Assembly: GCA_964571895.1 (NCBI GenBank)
Contig: CAZNDW010000003.1
Span: 1-36,494, forward strand
Direction: 5' to 3'
Source of the DNA: an uncultured Planctomycetales bacterium
GTDB taxonomy: Bacteria > Omnitrophota > Gorgyraeia > Zapsychrales > JAHFFX01
Length of the DNA: 36,494 nucleotides
Shown here one piece after another: positions 1 to 9,482 of the stretch. A model generated the notes under the pieces. The model made no database searches. It was not told the DNA's origin and saw nothing but the letters and a program-made list of their open reading frames with translations. How positions within the stretch are numbered: the stretch's first letter is position 1; each line of letters opens with the position of its first letter. The position numbers and the translations under genes are program-made.

Positions 1-98
1 CCTAGCCTTGCATGCGCAGGGTTTGGGATTTTTTCATCCGAAGACCACAAAATACCTTGAGTTTTCATCGGTGCCGCCTCCAGAATTTTTGTGAAACT

Positions 99-130
99 CC
101 ACGACCTGACGGTCGTGGTTTCTTTTGTTT
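99..130 (+). terminator. Rho-independent terminator-like hairpin
   Basis: Perfect 8-bp stem CCACGACC (99-106) / GGTCGTGG (111-118) with a TGAC loop, followed by TTTCTTTTGTTT. The + frame 1 is open from position 1 to TGA 58-60, so this may end a gene entering from the left edge. Confidence 0.5.
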
Positions 131-218
131 CAGGGTTTCACCCTGAGCCAGAAAGCCATTCATCCATGCCCTTACGGACATGGCTTTCTGGCGAATGGGT
201 AAATTTTCCAAGAATTCC

Positions 219-246
219 TTTACTTACAAGTCTTTTTCTTTATAAT
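219..246 (+). promoter_or_regulatory. Candidate sigma70-type promoter
   Basis: TTTACT (219-224), 16-nt spacer, TATAAT (241-246), upstream of the ATG at 312. Confidence 0.35.
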
Positions 247-311
247 ACCTATTACTCAAAAATTCTATGGCCCCCAATATCCTAATGATCCTTGAAAAAA
301 GGAGTTCAATC

Positions 312-1220
312 ATGAATACCGGAGGCAGAACACTCACAGTTTTCCTGGCGGTGATTACTATTGTCCTTTTGTCTTTGTCAGGAATTGCCTTGTTCTTTCT
401 ACAGAAAGAAACGGAATTAAGGAAAGTGGCTGAGGCCAGCCTCGAACAGTTGAAAACCCAGGAGGCCAAGCTGCAGGCGGAATTAAAAGAGGCCAAAAAG
501 CAGGCCTTTCTCCTGGAAGAGAAAAATAAAGAAGCGGACGAGAAAATCAATGATCTCATGGATAATCTCGAGCTGGAAAAGGGTTTAAGAGAAGAATCCA
601 AAAAAGAAAATGAAAACCTGCGCGAGGCCCTGGAGAATGAAAATAAATCCAAAGAAGGGATTCGAAATACCCTCACCCAGCAATTAAATTCTTATAAAGA
701 AAAAACCGCTTCTTTGGAAGCCCAACTGACCACCCACCAAAATAGGGTTAAGGAGCTGGAGGGTGCCAGTCAGGGCCTCCAGGAAAAGATTCAACAGCTT
801 CAGGGTGATTTAGAAAAGAAGATCCAGCAAGAGGCCGCTCCGCAGCCGGCTAGTCCCGAGGCTTCGGGGAGTGAGCCGTCATCTTCTCCTGAGATTCCTC
901 CCGCCCAACCCTTGCCCAGTACGCCCTCCGAAAACCGGGCCGTCAAAGAAATTGAATTGGAAAAGATTGTGGTCGCCCCCCAAGATCTTCCCGAAGGACG
1001 GGTGTTGAGCGTCGACAAGGAAAATGAGTTTCTCATTTTTAACCTCGGCGAAAAACAGGGCGTCGTGCAGGGGCTTGTCCTCTCGGTCTACCGCGGCAAA
1101 GAATATTTAGGAGATGTGAAAGTTTCTCGTGTCCAGCCCGAAATGTCTGCGGCAGATTTTATCTCCCCTTTTTCCACCGCGAAGGTCCGTAAAAACGATC
1201 AAGTCGTTCCCAAGAAATGA
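312..1220 (+). CDS. Membrane-anchored coiled-coil protein, function unknown
   Basis: From ORF 267..1220. The ATG at 312 is preceded by AAGGAG (299-304). The protein has an N-terminal hydrophobic helix (LTVFLAVITIVLLSLSGIALFF) and about 180 aa of K/E/L/Q-rich heptad-like sequence. A P/S-rich linker and a C-terminal domain of about 90 aa follow. No family was recognised. Confidence 0.8.
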   Translation: MNTGGRTLTVFLAVITIVLLSLSGIALFFLQKETELRKVAEASLEQLKTQEAKLQAELKEAKKQAFLLEEKNKEADEKINDLMDNLELEKGLREESKKENENLREALENENKSKEGIRNTLTQQLNSYKEKTASLEAQLTTHQNRVKELEGASQGLQEKIQQLQGDLEKKIQQEAAPQPASPEASGSEPSSSPEIPPAQPLPSTPSENRAVKEIELEKIVVAPQDLPEGRVLSVDKENEFLIFNLGEKQGVVQGLVLSVYRGKEYLGDVKVSRVQPEMSAADFISPFSTAKVRKNDQVVPKK

Positions 1221-2497
1221 TTTTAACGATTAAGAAGACGGATTCCTTAAAAGGGGAATTATCCGTACCTTCTTCGAAGTCCTATTCTATCCGGGCGTTT
1301 ATTGTGGCCTCTCGGGGGGGACATTCGACCATTGTGAATCCTTCCGATGGGGATGATGTCCGTGTGGCGATCGGCGTGGCAAAGGCCCTGGGGGTGCGGA
1401 TCAAGCGAAAGACCCCCCGCCTCTATCAGGTCGATGCCTTGAGGAATCCTTTGCGGATCAGAAAGATCAATGTCGGGGAATCCGGTACCGTTTTGCGCTT
1501 TCTTCTGCCGCTCATCTCTTTGTACGAAGGCAAGTCTTTGATCGTTGGGGAGGGGACCCTTCAAAGAAGGCCCAATCGTTATCTGATCCAAACCTTAAGG
1601 AACATGGGAGTTTCTATTAAGGGAAAGGGAGCCGAAGAAAGGGTGCCGATCCAAAAGCTGGAGGGGCGTCTGCGGGGCGGCTGTGTGGAGATCGATGGTT
1701 CTCTCAGCTCCCAGTTTATTTCTGCCTTTTTAATTGCCTGTCCGTCTCTTCCCAAAGATACGCTTCTTAAGGTGACCGGGAAGACCGTGGTCTCGGAACC
1801 GTATATCACGATGACTCAGCAGATCTTAAAAAAGGCCGGAGTCATCATAATCCCCAAAAACCGTTTTGGTTTTTATATTAAAGGAAACCAAAAATATCAG
1901 GGATTAAAGAATTTTATCGTCCCGGCCGATTATGGGCTGGCAGCGTTCTTTCTGGCGGCGGGGACGCTTGTGAAATCAAGGTTGGTCTTGAGGGGTTCTT
2001 TCAACGATGATCTTATTCAAGCGGATGGGCGTATCCTTGGATTCTTGCGCCGCATGGGCGTTAAGTTCGCCCAAACAAAACAGGGGATCACGATTATGGG
2101 ATCATTTCATCTCTGCGGAGGGAATTTTTCTCTGAAGGATTGTCCGGACCTTGTGCCCATTATGGCCATTCTGGCGCTCTTTGCCAAGGGGCCGACGCGG
2201 CTCTCGGATATTGGGCATGTGCGGATGAAGGAATCCGATCGCATGGGGGACCTCACTCAGGAACTTATCAAGATAGGGGCAAAAGTCATCCCGAAACCCG
2301 ACAGCCTGGTGATCCATCCCCAGCCCAATTATAAGGAAGGATGCCTTTTAGATCCTCATCGGGATCACCGCCTGGCCATGTCGTTTTGTGTCTTAGGCTT
2401 AAAAGTGGGTGTGAGGGTTAAAGATATAGAATGTATCCGCAAATCTTATCCACGTTTTGTCCGGGATCTTAGAGGGCTGGGCGCTAGCTTACGCTAA
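1217..2497 (+). CDS. aroA: 3-phosphoshikimate 1-carboxyvinyltransferase (EPSP synthase)
   Basis: 426 aa. Motifs: LKGELSVPSSKSYSIRA, GESGTVLRFLLP, RMKESDRMGDL, DHRLAMSFCVLGL. ATGA overlap with the upstream gene. Confidence 0.9.
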   Translation: MILTIKKTDSLKGELSVPSSKSYSIRAFIVASRGGHSTIVNPSDGDDVRVAIGVAKALGVRIKRKTPRLYQVDALRNPLRIRKINVGESGTVLRFLLPLISLYEGKSLIVGEGTLQRRPNRYLIQTLRNMGVSIKGKGAEERVPIQKLEGRLRGGCVEIDGSLSSQFISAFLIACPSLPKDTLLKVTGKTVVSEPYITMTQQILKKAGVIIIPKNRFGFYIKGNQKYQGLKNFIVPADYGLAAFFLAAGTLVKSRLVLRGSFNDDLIQADGRILGFLRRMGVKFAQTKQGITIMGSFHLCGGNFSLKDCPDLVPIMAILALFAKGPTRLSDIGHVRMKESDRMGDLTQELIKIGAKVIPKPDSLVIHPQPNYKEGCLLDPHRDHRLAMSFCVLGLKVGVRVKDIECIRKSYPRFVRDLRGLGASLR

Positions 2498-2520
2498 AGA
2501 TCGCCAAAGAAAATTTTGAA

Positions 2521-2549
2521 TTGACAGCAATTTTCTTTTCGTATATTAT
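2521..2549 (+). promoter_or_regulatory. Near-consensus sigma70-type promoter upstream of mreB
   Basis: TTGACA (2521-2526), 17-nt spacer, TATTAT (2544-2549). Confidence 0.55.
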
Positions 2550-2614
2550 GGGGTCTTACGTTATCCATACGCTATCCCGTCTTTAACCTCGAAAGCCAAA
2601 TCTTAAGGAATCTC

Positions 2615-3688
2615 ATGCCCCACAAAGCCGTTAAGCTCATCAAAAAATTAGTGAATTATATCTTAGGGCTTTTCTCCAATGACATGGGTATTGATCTGGG
2701 GACCGCCACAACCCTGGTGTACATCAAAGGCGAGGGAGTCGTTTTGTGTGAGCCTTCGGTGGTTGCCATCCAAAAAGAAACTAACCAAGTGATTGCTGTA
2801 GGAGATGAAGCCAAGAAGATGCTGGGCCGCACCCCGGGTAATATCGTGGCCATCCGTCCGATGAAGGACGGGGTCATTTCGGATTTTGAAGTCGTGGAGG
2901 CCATGCTGCGGTATTTTATGAGGAAGGCCCAGCCGCGGAAATTGCTGGTGCGTCCGGCGGTTGTCATTGCCGTGCCTTCGGGAATCACGGAGGTGGAAAA
3001 GAGGGCCGTGAAGGATTCGGCCGAGCGGGCCAATGCGCGGTCGGTGATGCTGATTGAGGAACCCAAGGCCGCGGCCATCGGGGTGGGGCTTCCGGTCGAT
3101 GAGCCGGCAGGGAATATGATTGTGGACATCGGCGGCGGCACGACGGAATTTGCCGTGATCTCGTTGGGGGGAATTGTGTACGCAAAATCCATCAAAGTGG
3201 CGGGTGATGAGATGGATGTGGCGATCATGGAGTATCTTCGAAAGACCTATAACCTTATGATCGGGGAACGCACGGCGGAGGAGATCAAGATCCGCATTGG
3301 TTCTGCTTATCCACTGGAGGAGGAATTGACCATGGATGTGCGCGGCCGGGATCTTATTGCCGGCTTACCGAAAACCATTACGATTACTTCGGTCGAGATT
3401 CGGGAGGCGCTGCATGATCCCATCCAGGCCATTGTGGATGCCTCGAAGGTGACCCTGGAACACACACCACCGGAGCTGGCGGCCGATCTTATTGACCGGG
3501 GCGTTGTGATGGCCGGCGGCGGGTCGTTGTTGCGGGGTCTTGATAAACGGATTGCTGAAGAGACCGGGCTCCCGGTCCATATTGCCGATGATCCCTTGAC
3601 CGCCGTTGTTTTAGGAACCGGCCAGACCTTGAATATGCCTCACCGCTTAAGAAAGCGGCTTCTTGTCCCTACGAAATTTGACTTTTGA
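2615..3688 (+). CDS. mreB: Rod shape-determining actin-like protein MreB
   Basis: 357 aa. Motifs: [53 protein letters not shown]. Confidence 0.95.
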   Translation: MPHKAVKLIKKLVNYILGLFSNDMGIDLGTATTLVYIKGEGVVLCEPSVVAIQKETNQVIAVGDEAKKMLGRTPGNIVAIRPMKDGVISDFEVVEAMLRYFMRKAQPRKLLVRPAVVIAVPSGITEVEKRAVKDSAERANARSVMLIEEPKAAAIGVGLPVDEPAGNMIVDIGGGTTEFAVISLGGIVYAKSIKVAGDEMDVAIMEYLRKTYNLMIGERTAEEIKIRIGSAYPLEEELTMDVRGRDLIAGLPKTITITSVEIREALHDPIQAIVDASKVTLEHTPPELAADLIDRGVVMAGGGSLLRGLDKRIAEETGLPVHIADDPLTAVVLGTGQTLNMPHRLRKRLLVPTKFDF

Positions 3689-3716
3689 AATCCATCCCCT
3701 TCTTGAGCGCTGAAGT

Positions 3717-4499
3717 GTGTCTAAAAGAAAACAAAAGTTATTAGTCTATGGGCTGATCCTTGTTATTCCCTTCCTTTTTGTTCTGAGACCTTCTCCCGCA
3801 TTCAACTCCTTCAAACTCCAACTCGTCGAAAAAATCAGCCTTCCTCTAAAGATCATCTCGTTTCCTTTACAAGAAATAAAAAAAATCATTTTCTACCACA
3901 AGACATTCCGCGACTACCAAGAGCTTAAAAAAGAATATGAGGCTTTGAAATCCCGTTTGGTCGGCCTGCAAGAGGTCTTGATTGAAAACAAACGCTACGA
4001 AAAACTTTTGGAGTTCAAACGGAATTTGATGTTTTCCTCTGTGGTGGCAACGGTGATTGGCCGTGATCCTTCCAATTGGAATGCGGTCCTGATCATTGAT
4101 AAGGGAAAGCGGGACGGCCTGGAAGTCGGGATGCCGGTTGTGAGTCCTTTGGGGGTTGTGGGAAAAATTGCCGAGGTGGCCTCCTCGACAGGCAAGGTGA
4201 TTCTCTTAAGCGATCCCAACTTCAGTGTGGCCGCTTTGGGGCAAACCTCCAGAGAGGGCGGTCTTGTGTCCGGATCTTTGCAGGGATTGTGTCGGATGCG
4301 GTATCTTTCCCCCAAAGCCGGTATCCAAAAAGGAGACAGTGTTATCACTTCGCATTTGAGCTCCTCTTTTCCGGAAGGTTTGTTAATCGGAACAGTTGTG
4401 GCGGTCTATGAGAGCCAGAGCTCGCCGGGCTTAGAGTGTCTGGTCGAGCCGGCGGTTGTGTTCTCGCAGCTGGAAGAAGTCATTGTGATCAAAAAATGA
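3717..4499 (+). CDS. mreC: Rod shape-determining protein MreC
   Basis: 260 aa with a GTG start. It has an N-terminal TM helix, a coiled-coil segment (YQELKKEYEALKSRLVGLQE) and MreC-like beta domains (GMPVVSPLGVVGKIAEV). It sits between mreB and mreD. Confidence 0.85.
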   Translation: MSKRKQKLLVYGLILVIPFLFVLRPSPAFNSFKLQLVEKISLPLKIISFPLQEIKKIIFYHKTFRDYQELKKEYEALKSRLVGLQEVLIENKRYEKLLEFKRNLMFSSVVATVIGRDPSNWNAVLIIDKGKRDGLEVGMPVVSPLGVVGKIAEVASSTGKVILLSDPNFSVAALGQTSREGGLVSGSLQGLCRMRYLSPKAGIQKGDSVITSHLSSSFPEGLLIGTVVAVYESQSSPGLECLVEPAVVFSQLEEVIVIKK

Positions 4500-4981
4500 G
4501 AAGAGTGCTTTGTATTGCCGGATTGACTTTGGGCTTTTTCTTTCTCGAGTTCTTTTTGTTCCATCTTTTAGGCTCATGGTTTAAGCCTAATTTTTTGCTC
4601 CTTTTGATTGTCTTCTTTAATCTCTATCTGGGGATACGCTACAGTCTGCTCACCGCTTTTACGGCGGGGGTCTTGAAAGACAGCTTTGGTTTACATGCCT
4701 TTGGCCTCTACACCTTTGCGTTTGTCCTCTGTGCCTTCCTGACGACCATTGTCCGGAAATATCTTTTTCATACCAGCGCGTATTCGTTCCGTATTCTTCT
4801 GGCCTTCTCCCTAAGCATGTTCCAGGTGCTTGTTGTGTGGGCGTTGTATTCCTTGTTCACACCCGTTGACCCCAATCAGGTCTTAAGGTACGTCCTGGCG
4901 CCGGAAGTGATACCGACGACGCTCATCGCCAGTTATACGTTTTTTTATCTTAAAAGATGCGTATTAAAATTCTCCGTGTAA
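4496..4981 (+). CDS. mreD: Rod shape-determining protein MreD
   Basis: Polytopic membrane protein of about 161 aa. The ATG at 4496 overlaps the mreC stop (ATGA). The longer 4436 ORF start lies inside mreC. Assigned by synteny between mreC and mrdA. Confidence 0.75.
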   Translation: MRRVLCIAGLTLGFFFLEFFLFHLLGSWFKPNFLLLLIVFFNLYLGIRYSLLTAFTAGVLKDSFGLHAFGLYTFAFVLCAFLTTIVRKYLFHTSAYSFRILLAFSLSMFQVLVVWALYSLFTPVDPNQVLRYVLAPEVIPTTLIASYTFFYLKRCVLKFSV

Positions 4982-6666
4982 TCATCATCGGCTTATTTGT
5001 CCTCGTTGCCTTTTACCTGGGCTACCTTCAGTTGATTCGGGGACCGTACTTTTATAGCTTAAGCAAAAATAATCATATTCGGGTTGTTTCCCTGGAGGGC
5101 CAGCGGGGACGTATCTTGGATCGTTATGGAGCCCTGCTGGCGGATAATCGCAAGGTGTTCGAGGTTGTGGTGATTCCCGGGGAACTGAAGGATCGCGAGG
5201 GATTATTTGATTTTTTGAGTCAGACTCTGCAGGTTGAGAAAGAAAAATTGCTGGAGACCTACAACCAGAAAATGTATGCCTCTTTTGCTCCGGTTGTTGT
5301 TCGAGAGGATATCACCCGCACCCAAGCCATTGTCATTGAAGAAAATAAATTCCGTTTTCCAGGATTGCTCGTGCAGGAAGATTATCGTCGGTTTTATCCC
5401 TATAAAGACACAGCAGCGCATCTTTTGGGATACGTCGGCAAGATCAGCCGTTCAAAAATCGAAGAATTAAAAAATTACGGATACAATCCTCAAAGTGTAA
5501 TTGGATATTCCGGCGTCGAAGAATTTTACGACCGATACCTCAAAGGGGAAGAGGGAGGCATGCAGATTGAGATCAACAGCCGGGGCGAACAAGTGAGGCT
5601 CTTAGGGTTGAAGGAGCCTGTAAAAGGCCAGGATGTGACCTTGACCATTGATCTTCGGATCCAGCAGGCCCTTACGGAATTATTGGGGAATCAGAGGGGA
5701 GTTATTATTGTGATGACGCTGGATTCAGGCGAAATTCTAGGGGTGGCCAGCAGCCCCAGCTATGATCCCAATATTTTTGTTCCAAAGACGAATCTAAGCA
5801 CTTCTTTGCCATTTTCGGATTCGGGCTCTCCCCTCTTGAACAGGGCCATCAGCGGTCAATACCCCCCGGGTTCGATCTTTAAGATTTCCGTGGCGCTGTG
5901 CGCTTTAAAGGAGGGCAGGATCAATCCCCATCGAACCTTTCATTGCAACGGTTATTATAAATTGGGAGAAAGAGAATTCCGCTGCACCCATGCGCATGGC
6001 GATCAAGATTTAATCCAGGCCATTGCCCATTCCTGCAATGTTTATTTTTATCATCTCGGTTTAATGGTCGGTCCGGAGTTAATGGAAAAATACGCCAGAC
6101 TGCTGGGACTCGGGGCCTTAAGCAGCGTGGATCTGCCTTATGAGGCCAGAGGATCGATCCCCAATCCCCGCGACCGGAAGATCGGTTATCCCAAGACGTG
6201 GTATCAAGGAGACACCTTGAATCTTTCTATTGGGCAAGGAGAGATGCTCACGACTCCCTTGCAACTGGTGCAGATGATGGCTACACTCGCCCAAAATGGC
6301 AAAAGGGTGCGTCCTCACGTGGTGAAATCCATAGGGGGTTTAGAAGTCTCCCAGAGCCCTTATCAGATGATTTCTGTTGATCAAAAATCTCTTCGGCCCC
6401 TTCAGCAGGGGCTGGAAGCGGTCGTGAGCGATGATTCCGGAACCGGCCATGTTTTAGCGATTCCGGGTCTTTTGACAGCCGGCAAGACCGGGACAGCCCA
6501 GGCGGGAGAGGGCCGCAGTCCGCATGCCTGGTTTGTTGGTTATAGTAGCTCCGGGAAAAACAGGATTGCCTTTGTTGTGTTTTTAGAGCACGGCGGAGCC
6601 AGCCAGAACGCCTGCCGTGTGGCAAGAGATTTATTAATGCGGCTTAAGGAGAAAGATATTTTATAA
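4957..6666 (+). CDS. mrdA: Penicillin-binding protein 2 (elongasome transpeptidase)
   Basis: 569 aa with an N-terminal TM anchor. Motifs: SxxK (GSIFK), SxN (HSCN), KTG (GKTGTAQ). Lies upstream of rodA. Confidence 0.9.
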   Translation: MRIKILRVIIIGLFVLVAFYLGYLQLIRGPYFYSLSKNNHIRVVSLEGQRGRILDRYGALLADNRKVFEVVVIPGELKDREGLFDFLSQTLQVEKEKLLETYNQKMYASFAPVVVREDITRTQAIVIEENKFRFPGLLVQEDYRRFYPYKDTAAHLLGYVGKISRSKIEELKNYGYNPQSVIGYSGVEEFYDRYLKGEEGGMQIEINSRGEQVRLLGLKEPVKGQDVTLTIDLRIQQALTELLGNQRGVIIVMTLDSGEILGVASSPSYDPNIFVPKTNLSTSLPFSDSGSPLLNRAISGQYPPGSIFKISVALCALKEGRINPHRTFHCNGYYKLGEREFRCTHAHGDQDLIQAIAHSCNVYFYHLGLMVGPELMEKYARLLGLGALSSVDLPYEARGSIPNPRDRKIGYPKTWYQGDTLNLSIGQGEMLTTPLQLVQMMATLAQNGKRVRPHVVKSIGGLEVSQSPYQMISVDQKSLRPLQQGLEAVVSDDSGTGHVLAIPGLLTAGKTGTAQAGEGRSPHAWFVGYSSSGKNRIAFVVFLEHGGASQNACRVARDLLMRLKEKDIL

Positions 6667-6667
6667 A

Positions 6668-7774
6668 ATGCACCGGCATTTACAAAAGATCATCTGGTCT
6701 GCGGTCTTGATGATTATGGGAATAGGGCTTCTCGCCCTGTACAGTGCGACCTATGGGAATGTCCGGGTCACACAGGAGGTCTTTTACGACCAGTCTTTGT
6801 GTGCCCTGGTGGGGGTGGGGCTCATGTTTATTTTAAGCCGGGTGGATTACAGGAAATTCTTTGATGCGGCTTATATTTTTTATGGCCTGAATGTTTTGTT
6901 GCTTTTGGGAGTGCTGGCCGCAGGACGCTACGCCATGGGAGCGAAACGGTGGATGGAGCTAGGGGCCTTCAGCTTTCAGCCATCGGAGCTGATGAAGCTG
7001 GCTCTCATTCTGGCCCTGGGGCGTTACTTCAGCAACCGTCGGCCGTCTTTATCCTTTAATCTGCGCAGCCGCGTGGGTGTTGTGTGGGGGGATTTGGTAT
7101 GTCCCTTTCTTATGGCAGCGTTGCCGATGGCTCTTGTTTTTAAACAACCGGATTTGGGCACGGCTTTTTTGATATTCGGAGTATTCCTCGTCATTCTTTT
7201 TGCCAGTGGGTTGGAATACAGATATCTTGTCTGGTTTATGATCCTGTGCGTTAGCGCTGTGCCGGTCATCTGGTATTTTCTTAAAGGATATCAGAAGATG
7301 AGGCTTTTGGTTTTTTTGAATCCCAATATCGACCCTTTGGGGGCCGGTTACACGATCATTCAATCGAAGATTGCGGTTGGTTCCGGAGGCCTGTTCGGCA
7401 AAGGGTGGTTGGCTGGAACCCAAAATCAATTAAATTTTTTGCCAGAGAGGCATACCGATTTTATTTTTTCAGTGATCGGTGAAGAATGGGGGCTGGTGGG
7501 AACCATCGTTACGATTGGGTGCTTCTTTATTTTGGCCCACAGCGGTTTGAATATTGCCCAAAACCAGAAAGATCGATTTGGGATGCTGGTGACGGCCGGG
7601 ATTGTTGCCATTTTAACGCTTCAGGTGGTTGTCAACGTGGGAATGGTGATGGGGTTATTCCCGGTTGTGGGGATCACGCTGCCCTTGATCAGCTATGGGC
7701 GCAGTTCTTTTATGGTCTTTGTCTTGATGGTTGGCTTTTTGCTTAACTTAAGCAAAAGACGGACCGTTTTTTAA
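6668..7774 (+). CDS. rodA: SEDS-family peptidoglycan glycosyltransferase RodA
   Basis: 368 aa polytopic protein with FtsW/RodA-like motifs (SFQPSELMKLALIL, LPERHTDFIFSVIGEEWG, PLISYGRSS). Directly follows mrdA. Confidence 0.9.
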   Translation: MHRHLQKIIWSAVLMIMGIGLLALYSATYGNVRVTQEVFYDQSLCALVGVGLMFILSRVDYRKFFDAAYIFYGLNVLLLLGVLAAGRYAMGAKRWMELGAFSFQPSELMKLALILALGRYFSNRRPSLSFNLRSRVGVVWGDLVCPFLMAALPMALVFKQPDLGTAFLIFGVFLVILFASGLEYRYLVWFMILCVSAVPVIWYFLKGYQKMRLLVFLNPNIDPLGAGYTIIQSKIAVGSGGLFGKGWLAGTQNQLNFLPERHTDFIFSVIGEEWGLVGTIVTIGCFFILAHSGLNIAQNQKDRFGMLVTAGIVAILTLQVVVNVGMVMGLFPVVGITLPLISYGRSSFMVFVLMVGFLLNLSKRRTVF

Positions 7775-7782
7775 TACGGGAA

Positions 7783-7926
7783 ATTTATTCTCCTTCGCCC
7801 CCCACCGTTTTGTTTCGCTTTGTCCCCTGAAATCGCTTCGCGATTTCAGGGGATTTAATCCCGGAAAGGCCTTGCCTTTCACGGGACGAAAGCAAAACGA
7901 AACAGTGGGGGCAAAGGATAATAAAT
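7783..7926. repeat. Nested palindromic element of about 144 bp (MITE/REP-like)
   Basis: Imperfect outer arms of about 44 bp (7783-7826 / 7883-7926) enclose two hairpins. One is a perfect 13-bp stem, CCCCTGAAATCGC-TTC-GCGATTTCAGGGG (7824-7852). The other is CCCGGAAAGGC / GCCTTTCACGGG (7860-7885). The termini resemble those of the 14021-14163 element. Confidence 0.8.
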
Positions 7927-7936
7927 CCATTCCAAA

Positions 7937-7965
7937 TTGACAAAGAAATAACGTTTCAGTATAGT
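7937..7965 (+). promoter_or_regulatory. Near-consensus sigma70-type promoter at the head of the pilus locus
   Basis: TTGACA (7937-7942), 17-nt spacer, TATAGT (7960-7965). Confidence 0.55.
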
Positions 7966-7998
7966 GGAAAAGTGAGCCAAGAAAGGAGGCCGAACGCC

Positions 7999-9432
7999 AT
8001 GAGCAGTGTTTTTGATAAAAAACTTTTATCGACATACGCCATTAAAAATCAACTGGGCATAGCCTTGGGCTTGATTGGGGTCGCCTTTTTAGTTTTTCTG
8101 GGATATCTTTTGCCCGGGGTCTCCTCCTGGTTCGAGAATAAGACCCTTTTTTATGCGGTGATCTTCATTGTTTTTTTTATTTTGGTTTTGGGTTTTTTGA
8201 TCATTTGCCACATCGTGGAACCGATGGTCAAGATCAGCCAGGAAGCAAGATTTATCGCCGAGGGAGATTTCAACCGGGAGATCCAGCTATTTCGTGAAGA
8301 CGAGATTGGCCAATTGGGGGCGGCTTTAAACCACATGATCCATCGGATGAAAGCCAATGTCGAGGAATTAAAAAATTTTTCACAAACGACCGAAACCATT
8401 AATACGGAAATCAACCGGCGCGTTGTTACCCTGTCCAATCTTTTGGAGGTCAGTAACCTCATCGCCCAAAATGCCCAGCTTAAAGAAATTGTGGAAATCG
8501 GGGTGGGCAAATGCCTATCCTCAGGGATCATGACGTTTGCCGGACTGATCCTTAAGGATGAAAAGACGAGTGAGTATCACGTCTTTTATGTGAGTGGACA
8601 AAGAAGCGAGGAACTCCTTGCGCAAGGCATTCGGGATCTGAAAGTCACGCTTGGTTCCGGAGTCTTGGGTAAGGCGATTCTTAAACAAAAACCCATGGTC
8701 ATTGACAGCCAGACCGGCATGAGTCCCGAGATCAAAGAATTCAGGAATCAATTTGCGATCCCCAACGCTATCTTAGTTCCGATATCAGCCAAAGGAAATA
8801 TGTACGGATTGTTGATCGCGGGCAATGATGAAAAGAAATTCCTTTGTTCTAATGCGGAACGAGAGTTTTTGCAGTTGATTGCCAAACAGATTGCCATTGC
8901 TTACAGCAATGAGCTTCTGAAAAAAGAATTCGAGAGATCCGATACCCTGGACCGGCTGACCGGTCTTTTCAACACAACGTATATCGATCGGCATCTGCCG
9001 GAGGAGATCAAAAGGGCCGCGAGTTTTCAAAAGCCTTGTTCATTGGTCCTGATGGCCGTTGACCATTTCGAAGATTACCATACGGCCTTCGGCCATATGG
9101 CTGCGGAAAATGTTTTGACGAGGCTGGGATTTCTGCTGAAAGAAACGATGAGTGGTTTGGATCAGGCCGCGCGGTTTGGGGATCATACCTTTGTCTTGAT
9201 CCTGCCGGAAAAAAATAAACGCCACTCAATCGAAATAGCGGAAGGATTAAGAGGAAAAATAGAAGAACTTTTTTCCCCTGAGAAAGATCTCCACAAACGA
9301 TTAACCTCAAGCTTTGCGGTGACCGAGAACCCACTCGATGGGGCGAGTGCCCCAGAGCTCATCCGGAAGGCACAGGAGATTTTAAAAACGGCCCTCCAGC
9401 AAGGCGGAAACAGGGTCTGTCATAAGGCATAG
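7999..9432 (+). CDS. Membrane HAMP-GAF protein with a degenerate GGDEF domain
   Basis: From ORF 7972..9432. The ATG at 7999 follows AAGGAGG (7983-7989). The protein has two TM segments, a HAMP-like segment and a GAF-like middle region. The C-terminal GGDEF fold (DRLTGLFN...) has FGDHTF (9175-9192) in place of GG(D/E)EF. No RxxD I-site lies upstream of it. Confidence 0.8.
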   Translation: MSSVFDKKLLSTYAIKNQLGIALGLIGVAFLVFLGYLLPGVSSWFENKTLFYAVIFIVFFILVLGFLIICHIVEPMVKISQEARFIAEGDFNREIQLFREDEIGQLGAALNHMIHRMKANVEELKNFSQTTETINTEINRRVVTLSNLLEVSNLIAQNAQLKEIVEIGVGKCLSSGIMTFAGLILKDEKTSEYHVFYVSGQRSEELLAQGIRDLKVTLGSGVLGKAILKQKPMVIDSQTGMSPEIKEFRNQFAIPNAILVPISAKGNMYGLLIAGNDEKKFLCSNAEREFLQLIAKQIAIAYSNELLKKEFERSDTLDRLTGLFNTTYIDRHLPEEIKRAASFQKPCSLVLMAVDHFEDYHTAFGHMAAENVLTRLGFLLKETMSGLDQAARFGDHTFVLILPEKNKRHSIEIAEGLRGKIEELFSPEKDLHKRLTSSFAVTENPLDGASAPELIRKAQEILKTALQQGGNRVCHKA

Positions 9433-9482
9433 GGTGGGAAAGACAGCTCGGGAGATGTCCTTGATGATAGAGAGTTTAAAGC

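Noticed and set aside
1-68. Possible partial gene at the left edge (+ frame open to TGA 58-60, or a minus-strand ATG at 66-68 running off the edge)
   Set aside because: It is too short to identify or to choose between strands. Only the downstream hairpin with a T-run (99-130) weakly favours a + strand gene end.
224-676. 150-aa minus-strand ORF
   Set aside because: It is antisense to the coiled-coil gene. Its S/F/L/R-rich low-complexity translation is the mirror of a K/E-rich coding strand. No ribosome-binding site or motif supports it.
2508-2540. AT-rich hairpin GAAAATT/AATTTTC followed by TTTT, after aroA, as a terminator
   Set aside because: The stem is weak (7 bp, all A/T except one G-C pair) with a 13-nt loop. 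It overlaps the -35 box of the mreB promoter and is not convincing.
2656-3228. 190-aa minus-strand ORF
   Set aside because: It is antisense to mreB, whose identity is unambiguous.
7748-8035. 95-aa minus-strand ORF
   Set aside because: It spans the palindromic element and the promoter region and overlaps the rodA end and the next gene start. It is most likely a repeat-generated open frame.
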